Below the pieces are notes generated by a model that had not been told where the DNA came from, ran no database searches, and worked only from the letters and a program-made list of their open reading frames with translations. Below, in pieces: positions 29,977 through 40,639 of a DNA stretch of 64,000 nucleotides (its first letter is position 1; every line of letters starts with the position of its first letter). The DNA is taken from NCBI GenBank assembly GCA_963790475.1, contig CAWBOS010000011.1, positions 224,001-288,000 on the forward strand, in the 5' to 3' direction. This stretch comes from an uncultured delta proteobacterium. GTDB taxonomy: Bacteria; Desulfobacterota; RBG-13-43-22. The position numbers and the translations under genes were made by a program.

Positions 29977-32900
29977 ATGAAACTGTCTCGAAAATTGCCC
30001 GTCCTAATATTCATTTCCTTATCTTTCCTTCTCATCCTCGGCTACGTATCTTCCACAGCGGAAGATACAGAAATTTCCATCGAGGGAGATCCACGCAGCC
30101 TGGCCATCAATCCTACCACGAATCAGGCCTTGGTAGGCAGCGTTAAGCCTAATGAGATTTCGCTGGTGGATCTGGACACGGAACAGGTCATTTCCACTAT
30201 CGGGGTCGGGAAAAAACCTTTGGGAGTGGCCGTGGATTTAAGCAGAAACCTCGCCCTGGTCGTCCAAAAACCCAGCCATACCTTGTCGATTGTCAGCTTG
30301 GACACCCACCAAGTCCTGGCCAATATATCCGTTGGGAAGTCTCCCTCCAGTGTGGCTGTTTATGAAAGGGATAGCGGCCCCCATCTGGGCCTTACCGCCA
30401 ATTATAAGGATAATACGGTTTCGGTGGTCGATTTAAAACAGTTTATTGTCCTCCAAACGATCCCGGTGGGCCAGGGACCAAGGGATTTGGCCGTCGATTC
30501 CAATCTCGGTCTGGCCCTGGTGGTCAATGAAAAAGATGATACGGTATCGGGTATAGACCTGGGAAGCTTTCAGGTTACCTGGATGATTCCGTTGGGAAAC
30601 AAGCCCCGGGCAGTCAGCATCAATTCGGAGACCCATCTGGCCGCCACAGCCAATACCAAAGGGAACTCTATTTCCATCATCAACCTGACTCAGTGGCAGA
30701 CCCAGACGATCCCAGTGGATAAAAACCCAGTGGACCTGACCATGAATCCCTTAGACAATACGGTCCTGGTGGCTTGTGATAAAACCCAAAGCCTTCTTCG
30801 GATAGATTTGAATACCAACACGGCCCTTCAGGAGTATCCCTTGAACAAGAGAACTCGGGGGTTGGCCGTCAATCCCTTTACCAATATAGCCGCTGTGGTG
30901 GATGGTCAAACAGACAGCCTGACCCTGATTCAGCTTCCCAATCCTGTGCCGGTAATTGATGCAATCAATCCCACGACTGTTGCCAGAGGCAGTCTTGGGA
31001 CCACGCTGACGATTCAGGGTTCGGGTTTTCTTAAGACCTCGTCCGTATCTGTCCACCCTTCTCCGGATTTATTGCCGGTCACCTTTATCGACAATCATCA
31101 TCTGAGCATCACAATTCCCCAGGGATTCCTGGCCAAAGCCGGGACCTGGCAGGTTGTCGTTGCCAATCCTATCCCGGAAGGGGGTGTTTCCAATTCCGCA
31201 GTCCTTACCGTAATAAATCCGGTCCCGGCCATAACCACCATTGATCCTGCTTCCACTCCGGCGGGTGGCCAAGGATTGACCCTCACGGTTTACGGCACCG
31301 GCTTCTTTCCGGACACAAGTGTTTCGGTCAATGGGGCAATCAGACCCAGCACCTATATCAGCGGAACAGAGCTTCAGGTAACCCTTGCATCAACGGATAT
31401 AGCCTCTGGTGGCATCCTTTCGATCGCCGCCTCAAACTTGGCACCGGGTGGAGGGATATCGAACCCCATGTCCTTAACGGTCATGAACCCTGTACCGATT
31501 CTTTCTTCAATAGATCCGAATTCCATCAAGGCCGGCAGCCCTGGTTTTACCTTGAACTTGGCTGGCAGTAACTTTGTCACCGGCTCATCCATCCTGTTCA
31601 ACAACACATCGGTAACGGTCACCTATGTGGACAGCGCTCACCTTACGGCCTTCGTCCCGGCAACAGCCGTTGCCGCAAAAGGAACTTATCCGGTGGTGGT
31701 CACCAATCCTGGACCGGGAGGAGGGGCTTCCGGGTCCATCGATTTTACCGTAACCCCTTCTTCCAACGTCACCCCTTTGCCGGAAGGGGCCTATGGGAAG
31801 CAGTATGAAGACCTCTTCCCTTCTGATGCCACTATTCCCGGCTATGACCCCAAACGATTCTCCTTGATCACCGGGCTGGTCAATGATGCCACCGATAATC
31901 CATTGTCCAATGTGGTAGTAGGCATCCACAGCCATCCGGAATATGGAACGGCCCAGACCGATCCTGCGGGTAGGTTTTCCATCCCCTTGGACGGAGGGGG
32001 AACCGTCATAATGACCTATCAGAAAGCAGGATATCTTCCTGTCCACCGCCAGGTCAATATCGGCTGGAATACCATTGCCAATACCGAGACGATTATCATG
32101 ATCCCTGAGGATGCCGCATCAACGGCTATCAGCTTTGATGGTAATGCCTCAACCATTCTGACCCACCGAAGCACTCCGACCACCGATTCCTTCGGCACCC
32201 GGTCCCTGACCATGGTTTTCACCGGTGATAATCGGGCCTTGGTGAAAGATGACCAGGGCAATGAACAGCCCCTGACCAAAATCACCGTCCGGGCCACAGA
32301 ATATCCCACTCCGAAATCCATGCCGGCCAAGCTCCCGCCCACCTCGGCCTTTACCTACTGTGCTGAGCTGGCTGTAGATGGAGCCAAGAGCGTCAGGTTT
32401 GATAAACCAGTAGTGGTTTATGTGGATAACTTTCTAGGCTTCAATGTTGGCGAAATCGTGCCTGTGGGTTACTATGATCGGAACCGGGCTGTCTGGGTGC
32501 CCCAGAATAACGGCAAGGTGGTCCGGCTTCTCGATACCAATGGAGATAGAGTAGTCGATGCTTATACGGATGGGATTAATCAATATCCTGCCCCGGGCCT
32601 GACCGATCCGACTCAATACCCGCCCAATGCCACCTTTTGGCGGGTGGAACATACCCATTTTACCCCCTGGGATTATAACTGGCCATATGGTTTCCCATTA
32701 GATGCCATTTCCCCGAATCCGGAATATCCCCCTATTACTGATGGTCAATGCGCAAACGATGATAATTCTTGTATCAGCTCCTATGTAGAGAACAGAAGTC
32801 GAATCTTCCATGAAGATATCCCGATACCCGGCACGAACATGACCCTCCATTATGCGAGCAATCGGACCAAAGGACATAAATCAGTTATTACAATTCCGGC

Positions 32901-35900
32901 GAGCGGTTCGAGTGTACCGGCGACCCTGTTACGGATCATAGTCCGTATGACGGTTGCCGGCCGGACCTTTGAGACCTCGCTTTCTCCACAGCCGAATCAG
33001 AGAGGGGAATTTATTTGGGATGGCTTCGATTATTTGAACAAACCGGTTTTTGGTTCGACCATTGCCAATATCAGTATCGGGTTTGTCTACCCGACAATAT
33101 ATTATTCTTCCCCAAGCAGTTTTGAACAATCATTTGGTCAAGTAGGTACTTTCATAACCGGATTCCCTGTTGCCCGTCAGGAAATGACATCCTGGAAGCA
33201 GAGCGCGGTAATAATCTATCAGGGGAACACCGAAGAAATTGCAGAAGGCTGGACGCTCTCATCTCATCATTACTTTCAACCCGCTGATCCTTATACCCTG
33301 TATAAAGGAGACGGGACAACTCTTAAAAATAATGCCAAGGTTATCACCACCATTGCCGGTAATGGTCAGGCGGGTTTTAGTGGAGACGGAGGCCCTGCTA
33401 TTCAGGCAAATCTTTACGCCCCGGGAGGGGTAGTATTGGATGGGGTGGGGAATATTTATATAGCAGATAGTTGGAATGACCGGATAAGAAAGGTGGATTA
33501 CAACGGAATTATTACTACCGTTGCCGGTAATGGTCAGCGGGGGTACAGTGGAGACGGAGGACCTGCTACTCAGGCAAGCCTTTTCGAGCCCAGTTATGTA
33601 ACAGTAGATAATGCTGGAAATCTCTATATCGCAGACTTAGCCAACCATCGTATAAGAAAGGTAGATACAAATGGGATTATTACCACCATCGCCGGGAATG
33701 GTCAGGGGGGTCAGTATGTGCAGTTTTCTGGAGATGGAGGTCCGGCGACCCAGACGCCTCTTGGCTATATAAATGGAATAGCAGTAGATAATGCCGGGAA
33801 TCTTTACATTGCAGATGGTTGGTATAACCGTATACGGAAGGTAGATGTAAATGGAATTGTCACCACTATTGTCGGCAATGGCCAGTATGGCTACAGCGGG
33901 GACGGAGGTCCTGCCACGATGGCACAACTTGGTGGGCCTAATGGCGTAGCAGTAGATAATGAAGGAAATCTTTTTATAGTGGATGGATACAATACGAATC
34001 GGATAAGGAAGGTGGATGCAAGCGGAATTATTACTACTATTGCCGGGAATGGGCAGGCGGGTTACAGTGGAGATGGGGGACCCGCTATCCAGGCCAGTCT
34101 CAGTGGGGCAAGTGGTATAGCAGTGGACAATTCAAAGAACATTTATATAGGAGATAGTTGGGGCAACCGCATAAGAAAGATCGATACTAACGGGATTATT
34201 ACCACCTTTGCCGGCAATGGGCAGGCAGGCTTTAGTGGAGACGGAGGTCTGGCTATTCAGGCAAATCTTCTCGGGGCAAATTACATAGCAGTCGATAGTG
34301 CAGGTGCTGTATATATAGGAGATACTGGAAATCAACGGATACGAAAGGTTTCCTATCCGGAAGCATTCAGTTCCGTCGTCAATGCCGGCGACACCGCCTT
34401 CTCCGATGAAAATGGCCAAGGTTATATCATGTATAGCACTGGTCTCCATAAATCCACTATCGACCTGGAAACAGGAAAGACCCTGCTGACCTTCGGCTAT
34501 GACTCGGAAAACAGGCTTATTTCTATTACCGACCGATTCGGCAACCAGACCACGATTCAGAGGGATGGAAACGGGGTGCCCTTGTCGCTCGCTTCACCGG
34601 ATGGGATTATTACTCGTTTGACTGTTAACAGCAGCAACCATCTTACCGCCGTCACCTACCCGGATAATTCCGCCAATACCTTTACCTACACCTCAGACGG
34701 CCTCTTGACCGATAAATACGATCCCAAGGGAAACCATTTTGTCCATCAATTCGATACCAACGGGAGGATCTCCAACGTCTTCGATCCGGAAGGCGGATCC
34801 TGGAGTTTTTCAAGAAGTGTGGATAATTCCGCGACGGTCACAGCTACCACGCAGACCGCCGAAGGGAACACCACCACCTATCAGGACCGGACCGATTCTA
34901 CCGGGGCTTATACTTCGATCACCACCAGCCCCTTTGGTTCGGTGAGCACTTTTACCCGTTCCGCCGATGGTCTGACCGAAACCGAACAGCCGGCCTGTGG
35001 TCTAAACCAGACTATGAAATACGATCTCGATCCGGCCTTCAAATATAAATATCTCAAGGAATTCGCCCAGCGCTCACCCGCCGGGCTCACCCTGCTAACC
35101 GCCGACACCAGGAATTATCAAGACACCAATGCCGATAGTGTGCCTGATTTGATAACCAAAACCCTCGGTATAAACGGCAGGAACTGGACATTGATCAACA
35201 ACACCCATACCGGTATCCTGACCAGCACCTCGCCCTTGGGGAGGACCATAACCCGGAACTACAATCCTTTGAATCTGCTTACGCAGAACATGACAGTGAC
35301 CGGTCTTCTCCCCTTAACTTTGGGATATGACACCAGAGGAAGGCTGACCACCACCACAACCGGAAGCAGGGCATCGACGATCACCTATGACAATCGGGGC
35401 AATATCGAAAGCCTGGCCACCCCGGATGGGAAGACATTCCATTATACTTATGATTCAATGGGCAGATTGAAAAACCAGACCCTGCCTGACACTACGATGA
35501 TAAGTTATGATTACGACTCAAACGGCAACATGACCGTGCTGACCAATCCCCGAACCATCAGTCATGGCTTCGAATACACCGGCGTCAACCTGCGCAGGAC
35601 CATGACCACGCCCTTGTCCGGGAATTATCAGTACACCTATGACAAGGAACGAAATCTGAAGTCAATCCTCTTCCCTTCCGGTAGACAAATCAAAAATACT
35701 TATCTGAATGGTCTTCTATCAGCAACGACCACCCCGGAAGGAGTGACCAGCTATACATATACCTGTGGCACAAACCTTCAGGATGCGACCAGAGACACAG
35801 AGAAGGTAGCCTATACCTATGATGGCTCTTTGTTGAAAACCGATACGCGGACAGGATTGCTTAATCAGATCATCGAATATGGTTATGACAACGATTTCCG

Positions 35901-37266
35901 TCTTATCTCTTTAAACTATGCCGGCGCATCTCAGATCTTAACTTATGATAATGATGGTCTGTTAATCGGAGCCGGGTCATTCACCATCACCCGCAACGCC
36001 CTGAATGGATTAGCAGGAACTGTATCTGGCGGTACCCTGACCAATACCCGGACCTTCAGTGGTTATGGAGAGCTGGATGGCTCTGTATACCTGGTAGGAG
36101 GGATGAGCAAGTACAGCTATTCTTTGACCCGCGACCTGGCCGGCAGGATTACACAAAAGATTGAGAACGTTGATGGGATAACCGATACCTACGATTATTC
36201 TTACGATACCAACGGCAGGCTGAACGAAGTCAAAAAGAATAACATGGTCGTGGAATCCTATACCTATGATCCCAATGGCAATCGCCTCACTGAAATAAAC
36301 ACTCTCCGTGGTATTAACCGTCCCTATACTTTTTCGGATGAAGACCATATAATCAATGCAGGAGGTGAACCCTATCAGTTCGATGTTGATGGATTTATGA
36401 CCCAGAAGACGACCGCCGCCGGGAGCTTGGGAACTTCCTTTTCGTCAAGAGGCGAACTCCTCTCTGCTGCTTTACCTTCCGGTACCGTCATCACTTACGA
36501 CCACGACCCCATGGGCCGGAGAATAGCCAAAAGGGTGAACGGATCTATAATCGAGAAATATTTATGGAAAGACGCCATCACTTTATTGGCCGTCTATGAT
36601 TCCTCCAACAGCCTGATAATACGTTTCAACTATGCCTATGGACGACTGCCGGTATCGATGACTTACAATGGCATCACCTATTACCTCGCCTATGACCAGA
36701 TCGGATCTCTTAAAGCGGCTATCGATACCTCAGGTAACGTCGTTAAAAAGATTGACTACGATTCCTTCGGCAGTATAATTTCAGACACGAATCCATCAAT
36801 GAGCATTCCATTTGCATTCGCCGGAGGCCTTCATGACCGCGATACTAATCTCGTACGCTTCGGCGCCCGCGACTATGATCCTTCTATTGGCCGCTGGACC
36901 GCCAAAGACCCGATTGATTTTGGGGGAGGGGATACAAATCTGTATGGGTATGTGATGAATGATCCGGTGAATATGAATGACCCCTTTGGCTTATATTGTG
37001 GAAGCGGTATTTCTGAGTATTTTGTCCCAGATTCATGGTGGGGACAGTATAGTTTTAGTAATGCATGCAAAAAACATGATGATTGTTATGATACTTGTGG
37101 AAAAAAGAAACAAGAATGTGATAATAATTTTCTAAGAGACATGCGCCAAGAATGTTCTAAACTGGGAGGATACTGGCGGCAAGATTGCTCCGCTACATCA
37201 TACATATACTATCAAGCAGTCGATAAGCTTGGTGGCCCAGCTTATAAATCTTCGCAAAACAAATAA
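29977..37266 (+). CDS. Teneurin-like YD/Rhs protein: signal peptide, YVTN beta-propeller, three IPT/TIG domains, NHL repeats, YD shell, Rhs core and PLA2-like C-terminal domain
   Basis: Repeated AGNG..G.SGDGGPA (NHL), NPVP Ig-like units, YD repeats, RFGARDYDP..GRW..KDPI, PVNMNDPFG and CKKHDDCY. Confidence 0.88.
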   Translation: MKLSRKLPVLIFISLSFLLILGYVSSTAEDTEISIEGDPRSLAINPTTNQALVGSVKPNEISLVDLDTEQVISTIGVGKKPLGVAVDLSRNLALVVQKPSHTLSIVSLDTHQVLANISVGKSPSSVAVYERDSGPHLGLTANYKDNTVSVVDLKQFIVLQTIPVGQGPRDLAVDSNLGLALVVNEKDDTVSGIDLGSFQVTWMIPLGNKPRAVSINSETHLAATANTKGNSISIINLTQWQTQTIPVDKNPVDLTMNPLDNTVLVACDKTQSLLRIDLNTNTALQEYPLNKRTRGLAVNPFTNIAAVVDGQTDSLTLIQLPNPVPVIDAINPTTVARGSLGTTLTIQGSGFLKTSSVSVHPSPDLLPVTFIDNHHLSITIPQGFLAKAGTWQVVVANPIPEGGVSNSAVLTVINPVPAITTIDPASTPAGGQGLTLTVYGTGFFPDTSVSVNGAIRPSTYISGTELQVTLASTDIASGGILSIAASNLAPGGGISNPMSLTVMNPVPILSSIDPNSIKAGSPGFTLNLAGSNFVTGSSILFNNTSVTVTYVDSAHLTAFVPATAVAAKGTYPVVVTNPGPGGGASGSIDFTVTPSSNVTPLPEGAYGKQYEDLFPSDATIPGYDPKRFSLITGLVNDATDNPLSNVVVGIHSHPEYGTAQTDPAGRFSIPLDGGGTVIMTYQKAGYLPVHRQVNIGWNTIANTETIIMIPEDAASTAISFDGNASTILTHRSTPTTDSFGTRSLTMVFTGDNRALVKDDQGNEQPLTKITVRATEYPTPKSMPAKLPPTSAFTYCAELAVDGAKSVRFDKPVVVYVDNFLGFNVGEIVPVGYYDRNRAVWVPQNNGKVVRLLDTNGDRVVDAYTDGINQYPAPGLTDPTQYPPNATFWRVEHTHFTPWDYNWPYGFPLDAISPNPEYPPITDGQCANDDNSCISSYVENRSRIFHEDIPIPGTNMTLHYASNRTKGHKSVITIPASGSSVPATLLRIIVRMTVAGRTFETSLSPQPNQRGEFIWDGFDYLNKPVFGSTIANISIGFVYPTIYYSSPSSFEQSFGQVGTFITGFPVARQEMTSWKQSAVIIYQGNTEEIAEGWTLSSHHYFQPADPYTLYKGDGTTLKNNAKVITTIAGNGQAGFSGDGGPAIQANLYAPGGVVLDGVGNIYIADSWNDRIRKVDYNGIITTVAGNGQRGYSGDGGPATQASLFEPSYVTVDNAGNLYIADLANHRIRKVDTNGIITTIAGNGQGGQYVQFSGDGGPATQTPLGYINGIAVDNAGNLYIADGWYNRIRKVDVNGIVTTIVGNGQYGYSGDGGPATMAQLGGPNGVAVDNEGNLFIVDGYNTNRIRKVDASGIITTIAGNGQAGYSGDGGPAIQASLSGASGIAVDNSKNIYIGDSWGNRIRKIDTNGIITTFAGNGQAGFSGDGGLAIQANLLGANYIAVDSAGAVYIGDTGNQRIRKVSYPEAFSSVVNAGDTAFSDENGQGYIMYSTGLHKSTIDLETGKTLLTFGYDSENRLISITDRFGNQTTIQRDGNGVPLSLASPDGIITRLTVNSSNHLTAVTYPDNSANTFTYTSDGLLTDKYDPKGNHFVHQFDTNGRISNVFDPEGGSWSFSRSVDNSATVTATTQTAEGNTTTYQDRTDSTGAYTSITTSPFGSVSTFTRSADGLTETEQPACGLNQTMKYDLDPAFKYKYLKEFAQRSPAGLTLLTADTRNYQDTNADSVPDLITKTLGINGRNWTLINNTHTGILTSTSPLGRTITRNYNPLNLLTQNMTVTGLLPLTLGYDTRGRLTTTTTGSRASTITYDNRGNIESLATPDGKTFHYTYDSMGRLKNQTLPDTTMISYDYDSNGNMTVLTNPRTISHGFEYTGVNLRRTMTTPLSGNYQYTYDKERNLKSILFPSGRQIKNTYLNGLLSATTTPEGVTSYTYTCGTNLQDATRDTEKVAYTYDGSLLKTDTRTGLLNQIIEYGYDNDFRLISLNYAGASQILTYDNDGLLIGAGSFTITRNALNGLAGTVSGGTLTNTRTFSGYGELDGSVYLVGGMSKYSYSLTRDLAGRITQKIENVDGITDTYDYSYDTNGRLNEVKKNNMVVESYTYDPNGNRLTEINTLRGINRPYTFSDEDHIINAGGEPYQFDVDGFMTQKTTAAGSLGTSFSSRGELLSAALPSGTVITYDHDPMGRRIAKRVNGSIIEKYLWKDAITLLAVYDSSNSLIIRFNYAYGRLPVSMTYNGITYYLAYDQIGSLKAAIDTSGNVVKKIDYDSFGSIISDTNPSMSIPFAFAGGLHDRDTNLVRFGARDYDPSIGRWTAKDPIDFGGGDTNLYGYVMNDPVNMNDPFGLYCGSGISEYFVPDSWWGQYSFSNACKKHDDCYDTCGKKKQECDNNFLRDMRQECSKLGGYWRQDCSATSYIYYQAVDKLGGPAYKSSQNK

Positions 37267-37375
37267 TCTAAAATGCGAAAAATTTCGCAAAATTTGAGTA
37301 TATACAATAAAAAAACATTTTATTAAGTTATTGTTATTTAAAAAAATAAATATTGATTGTAAGTTTGAGGACAAT

Positions 37376-37657
37376 ATGAAAGGGTTTATTGGTTTTATAG
37401 TTTTTATTTTTTTAGATATTATTTTTTGTGTTGCTATTAGCATAAAAAGAAAGAAAATTTCACAAAAAATTGATTTTGTGGCCATTTTTTTATCGGCAAT
37501 TGCAACTACTATTTTATTTCATATCATCGCTGTGATCGAAGATTTTAAGAGCAGCCAATGGGTTATGATTTCGATTCCAGTAGCTTTCATCTTTGGCTTA
37601 CTTATCTCAAGCTTAACATCTATTATCTATCAAGGCTTTTTGCAGAAAACAAAATAA
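37376..37657 (+). CDS. Small three-TM membrane protein, candidate immunity protein
   Basis: AT-rich 93-aa hydrophobic ORF with SD gagg directly after the Rhs toxin tip. Confidence 0.55.
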   Translation: MKGFIGFIVFIFLDIIFCVAISIKRKKISQKIDFVAIFLSAIATTILFHIIAVIEDFKSSQWVMISIPVAFIFGLLISSLTSIIYQGFLQKTK

Positions 37658-37731
37658 GAATCCAAGGATCGAAGGAGTATACTACTTATTTCCCTTGCTA
37701 TGGCGGTTTTTTATTAATAGTAAAGTCTAAA

Positions 37732-37790
37732 GGGGTCACCCATCAAAAGGCCACCGTCGTGAGAAAAAGGTCGTCCGTATGGAAGAAAGT
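37732..37790 (+). repeat. Repeat B, short copy
   Basis: ggggtcacccatcaaaaggccaccgtc...ccgtatggaagaaag aligns with the copies at 40225 and 51065. Confidence 0.65.
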
Positions 37791-37801
37791 AAAGGAGGCA
37801 A

Positions 37802-37977
37802 GTCTCCGTTTGACTTATTAAACCGACACCGGCACTAAAGGAATATGAGCAGGTCAATGAGCATAGAATATGAGGGAGCCTGATATCATGCGATGAACCG
37901 GGGGAGGAGATCGGATCGGATTTTTAAAGACCGGATCGATTATCGGTCGTTCATCGACTTGATGGAGGATATAACCC
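37802..37977 (+). pseudogene. Repeat C, copy 1: leader + 5' stub of a REP-associated tyrosine transposase (RAYT)
   Basis: MSRSMSIEYEGA*YHAMNRGRRSDRIFKDRIDYRSFIDLMED; leader gtctccg.ttgacttattaaaccga shared by three copies. Confidence 0.75.
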
Positions 37978-38067
37978 GGTTTTGGGGTGCCATAATTCAT
38001 AAGGGTTTTGTTTTCTTGGAGCAATAACCATGAAGGGTTAAAAAAAGTTGAAAGGCAGGGGCAGGAA

Positions 38068-38508
38068 TTAAAGAGTCTCGATAGCGGGATAGGTCTCAAG
38101 AACCGTTGACCAAATTAATTCGGCGATAAGTAGATTAATTCCATTATTTCCTGAGAAACCCCAGATGCCACAATGCGAGTCATCGGACTCTGTAGGTTCA
38201 TGGGTCACTCTCAAATGATAGCCTCCTTGGCTCCCTTCCTCAACATTCATACACATATCCCCCACATTTAATATTGCAATCAGATCTTTCTTTTTTAAAT
38301 TGAACGGTATAGCGGCATATCGAATTCGAAGTTCGGCAATCTCTAATAGTCGATCCGGACAACTAAGAAATTCAAGCCAATTGACTGAGAGGTGATTATC
38401 TGTATTACGGGGCAAAAAGGCTACACCAAGGATCTGGCCATCTTCTACTCCCTTGCCATAGCAAAGGCGAGCAATATGGTCAGTAGGGGGGACTTTATCG
38501 CCCTTCAC
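38068..38508 (-). CDS. Putative ADP-ribosyltransferase-fold toxin
   Basis: IAR...AF...LSV.W...V.HEP...D.SH..I pattern (R-S-H type ART-like); start overlaps the upstream gene. Confidence 0.5.
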   Translation of the reverse strand: MKGDKVPPTDHIARLCYGKGVEDGQILGVAFLPRNTDNHLSVNWLEFLSCPDRLLEIAELRIRYAAIPFNLKKKDLIAILNVGDMCMNVEEGSQGGYHLRVTHEPTESDDSHCGIWGFSGNNGINLLIAELIWSTVLETYPAIETL

Positions 38509-39241
38509 GCCCAGCCCATTTTAGTACTCCCCATGGCTTGACCTTCTCTAAGAGGGTATCGGGGTTGACTGTGCCAGATATACAAATTTTTTTCTCTATC
38601 CGAGGAGAGGGAGAGGGGGCAATAATCGCGAAGTGAGCGAACCCTGAAGCCAAAAAATGAATGCTGAAGACCGATGCCTGGCTTTCTTTCCATGAGGCAT
38701 AAATCTCATTAGTAGGTGTTAACCCAATTGCTGGCTTCTTAAGGTAATAGCTATGCATCTGTAAAAAACTATAGAAATTTAGCAAAGACTTTAAAGAAAT
38801 TCCGTTACTTACTGGGTCTTCTTCCTTTACATCTTCTAACAACTCAAAAAGTCGCTGAGCAACAACCTCTCGTTCCGGAATTGATTTAGTATCTCTAATA
38901 TTCCTGATTATGTCTGACACCTGGTTTTCATTGCTTTCTTGTGTACTCAATTCTGTGGTAGGGTTTTCAACTCTTGAATAAAATTGCCATCTTGGCGCTT
39001 CTGCTGTTTCTTGGACAGTTGGAGTAGAACTTTCAATCCTAAGGTTTTTGGGAAGTGTCGTTTTAAGGAATATACTTGTCGCATCGGCAGAATACAAGAG
39101 TGAGGGGGAGTTTAATTCTTGAACAGTCCCAAATTGACCATTTGATATAGGCTCCGTCCAACTTCCCACAGCTTTCAAACTAAATATGGCTGCTGGATTT
39201 TCAAATTTTTTTTCTGACTGGTTGACCCCATACTTATACAT
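38495..39241 (-). CDS. Hypothetical protein, candidate antitoxin (S/T-rich N-terminal half + compact C-terminal domain)
   Basis: ATG overlaps the upstream stop; C-terminal PAIGLTPTNEIYASW...SIHF. Confidence 0.6.
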   Translation of the reverse strand: MYKYGVNQSEKKFENPAAIFSLKAVGSWTEPISNGQFGTVQELNSPSLLYSADATSIFLKTTLPKNLRIESSTPTVQETAEAPRWQFYSRVENPTTELSTQESNENQVSDIIRNIRDTKSIPEREVVAQRLFELLEDVKEEDPVSNGISLKSLLNFYSFLQMHSYYLKKPAIGLTPTNEIYASWKESQASVFSIHFLASGFAHFAIIAPSPSPRIEKKICISGTVNPDTLLEKVKPWGVLKWAGREGR

Positions 39242-40052
39242 GTTCTCGTTCCCATTCTTCCTGTTGAATCGTATCGGTTGTGATATCAGCAAAACCGGAT
39301 ACTATCCATTCATGTGCTGTATCAAACCAGTCACGTATTCCAGTCCGGTCTTTAGTCGTACCAATCCCCCTTGCCGTGAAATCTAAAACAAAGATAGGGA
39401 CGTTGCCTTCAATAAGTTTAGCTTGTTTGATTGTTGCAACAAGCTCCCCTTTCTTTGCTGGAAGTGCAAATTTTAGGTTCCAAGAGATATCGATAGGGTT
39501 AGACAAAAAACGTGGAGGCTGATTCCAAAAGAAGTCTCTAAAAATTCTTTGTAACTCCTCTACTGTCTCGCGCTCAGCTTTTTTGGGGATATGATTGATG
39601 TAGGTAAGCTCACACTCAATTGGGGTAAACTCCCCAAGTTGGAATTCCTCAAAAAAAGCCTGTAGCGTTCCGAGAACCTCTTCGAATCTTAAAATAACAT
39701 ATTCGTATCGAGGATAGATATCATCACGTTGACGCCAGTTGAAATAGATGCGGTCAGGTTGGAATTGAACAAGTTGATTCCCCGGCTGATTAATAAACCA
39801 TACTCTGGGAAGGGGGGCTCCAGTAACCTTATCTAATAAAAGCTCACCATGAACTGAGACTAAGGGAGCTGCGTGCTGAACTTGCGGATATTCTCCTCTA
39901 AATTTATCCCAAAGAAGACCAATATGGGGTAAAGTAAAATTTTGAGAAGGATTAAATCGAATTCCACATACCACTTCCGTGACAGGGGGGCGCTTATAGC
40001 TAGGGAGCTTTCTATTAAAAGGAGATACCAACTTGTTATCTCGTGGATTCAT
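39234..40052 (-). CDS. TIGR04255-family protein
   Basis: PPVTEVVCGIRF, R.WF, LVQFQPDR, YPRYE, LTYINHI and FVLDF. Confidence 0.8.
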   Translation of the reverse strand: MNPRDNKLVSPFNRKLPSYKRPPVTEVVCGIRFNPSQNFTLPHIGLLWDKFRGEYPQVQHAAPLVSVHGELLLDKVTGAPLPRVWFINQPGNQLVQFQPDRIYFNWRQRDDIYPRYEYVILRFEEVLGTLQAFFEEFQLGEFTPIECELTYINHIPKKAERETVEELQRIFRDFFWNQPPRFLSNPIDISWNLKFALPAKKGELVATIKQAKLIEGNVPIFVLDFTARGIGTTKDRTGIRDWFDTAHEWIVSGFADITTDTIQQEEWEREHV

Positions 40053-40224
40053 ATGCTAAAATTATAATTATGAAAGATCAGCATGTCAAATAAATTCGTT
40101 TAGTCGGTTAAACAGAGTTAGGCCATACGAAGTCTTTGATCTCACATAGGATACGGAAAATCTGCCGCTTGTGAGGGCATAGGTCGGGCCAAGTTAATGG
40201 ATGAAATTGTGACTAATTTATTGT

Positions 40225-40350
40225 AGTCATAGGGCCACCCATTAAAAGGCGACGGTCAAGATGAAAAGGGTCCCCGTATGCAAGAAAGAACATTTTTCTT
40301 GCAGTGCAAGGACTGTTAGAGCTGCCCCAGGTTTCCAACGTTTTCACTCT
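40225..40350 (+). repeat. Repeat B, copy 2
   Basis: Colinear with 51065-51190 (shared ttttcttgcagtgca and tttccaacgt). Confidence 0.7.
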
Positions 40351-40603
40351 TGCTGAAATTTCAAAGGTTAATGTGTCAGCGATAACTTCACTGCACCAAT
40401 CACTCATCAGGATCAAGAAATCTTTTGCGGTTTCCTGATGATTTTATGTTCTCCCTTACCCATCAAGAGGTTAGAAACTTGAGGCCTTTTCAGAGCAAGT
40501 CGTGGGTCTTGGGGTCGCATATTGAAGGTACACAAGTTTAGGAAATGAAGGGGACGTGGCCTTTATCCCCAGTGAGCATTGCATTAGCCCGTTGAAAAAT
40601 AGC

Positions 40604-40633
40604 TTGACATGTGCATACGAATGTACATATACT
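40604..40633 (+). promoter_or_regulatory. Sigma70 promoter with palindromic operator for brnTA
   Basis: TTGACA-N18-TATACT; the spacer is an IR (tgtgcat-acga-atgtaca); GTG start follows 6 nt later, so likely leaderless. Confidence 0.7.
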
Positions 40634-40639
40634 TTTCTT

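Noticed and set aside
33340-34350. Roughly 170-nt tandem repeats as a CRISPR array or DGR template
   Set aside because: They are in-frame NHL protein repeats with codon-position variation; no spacers, cas genes or reverse transcriptase
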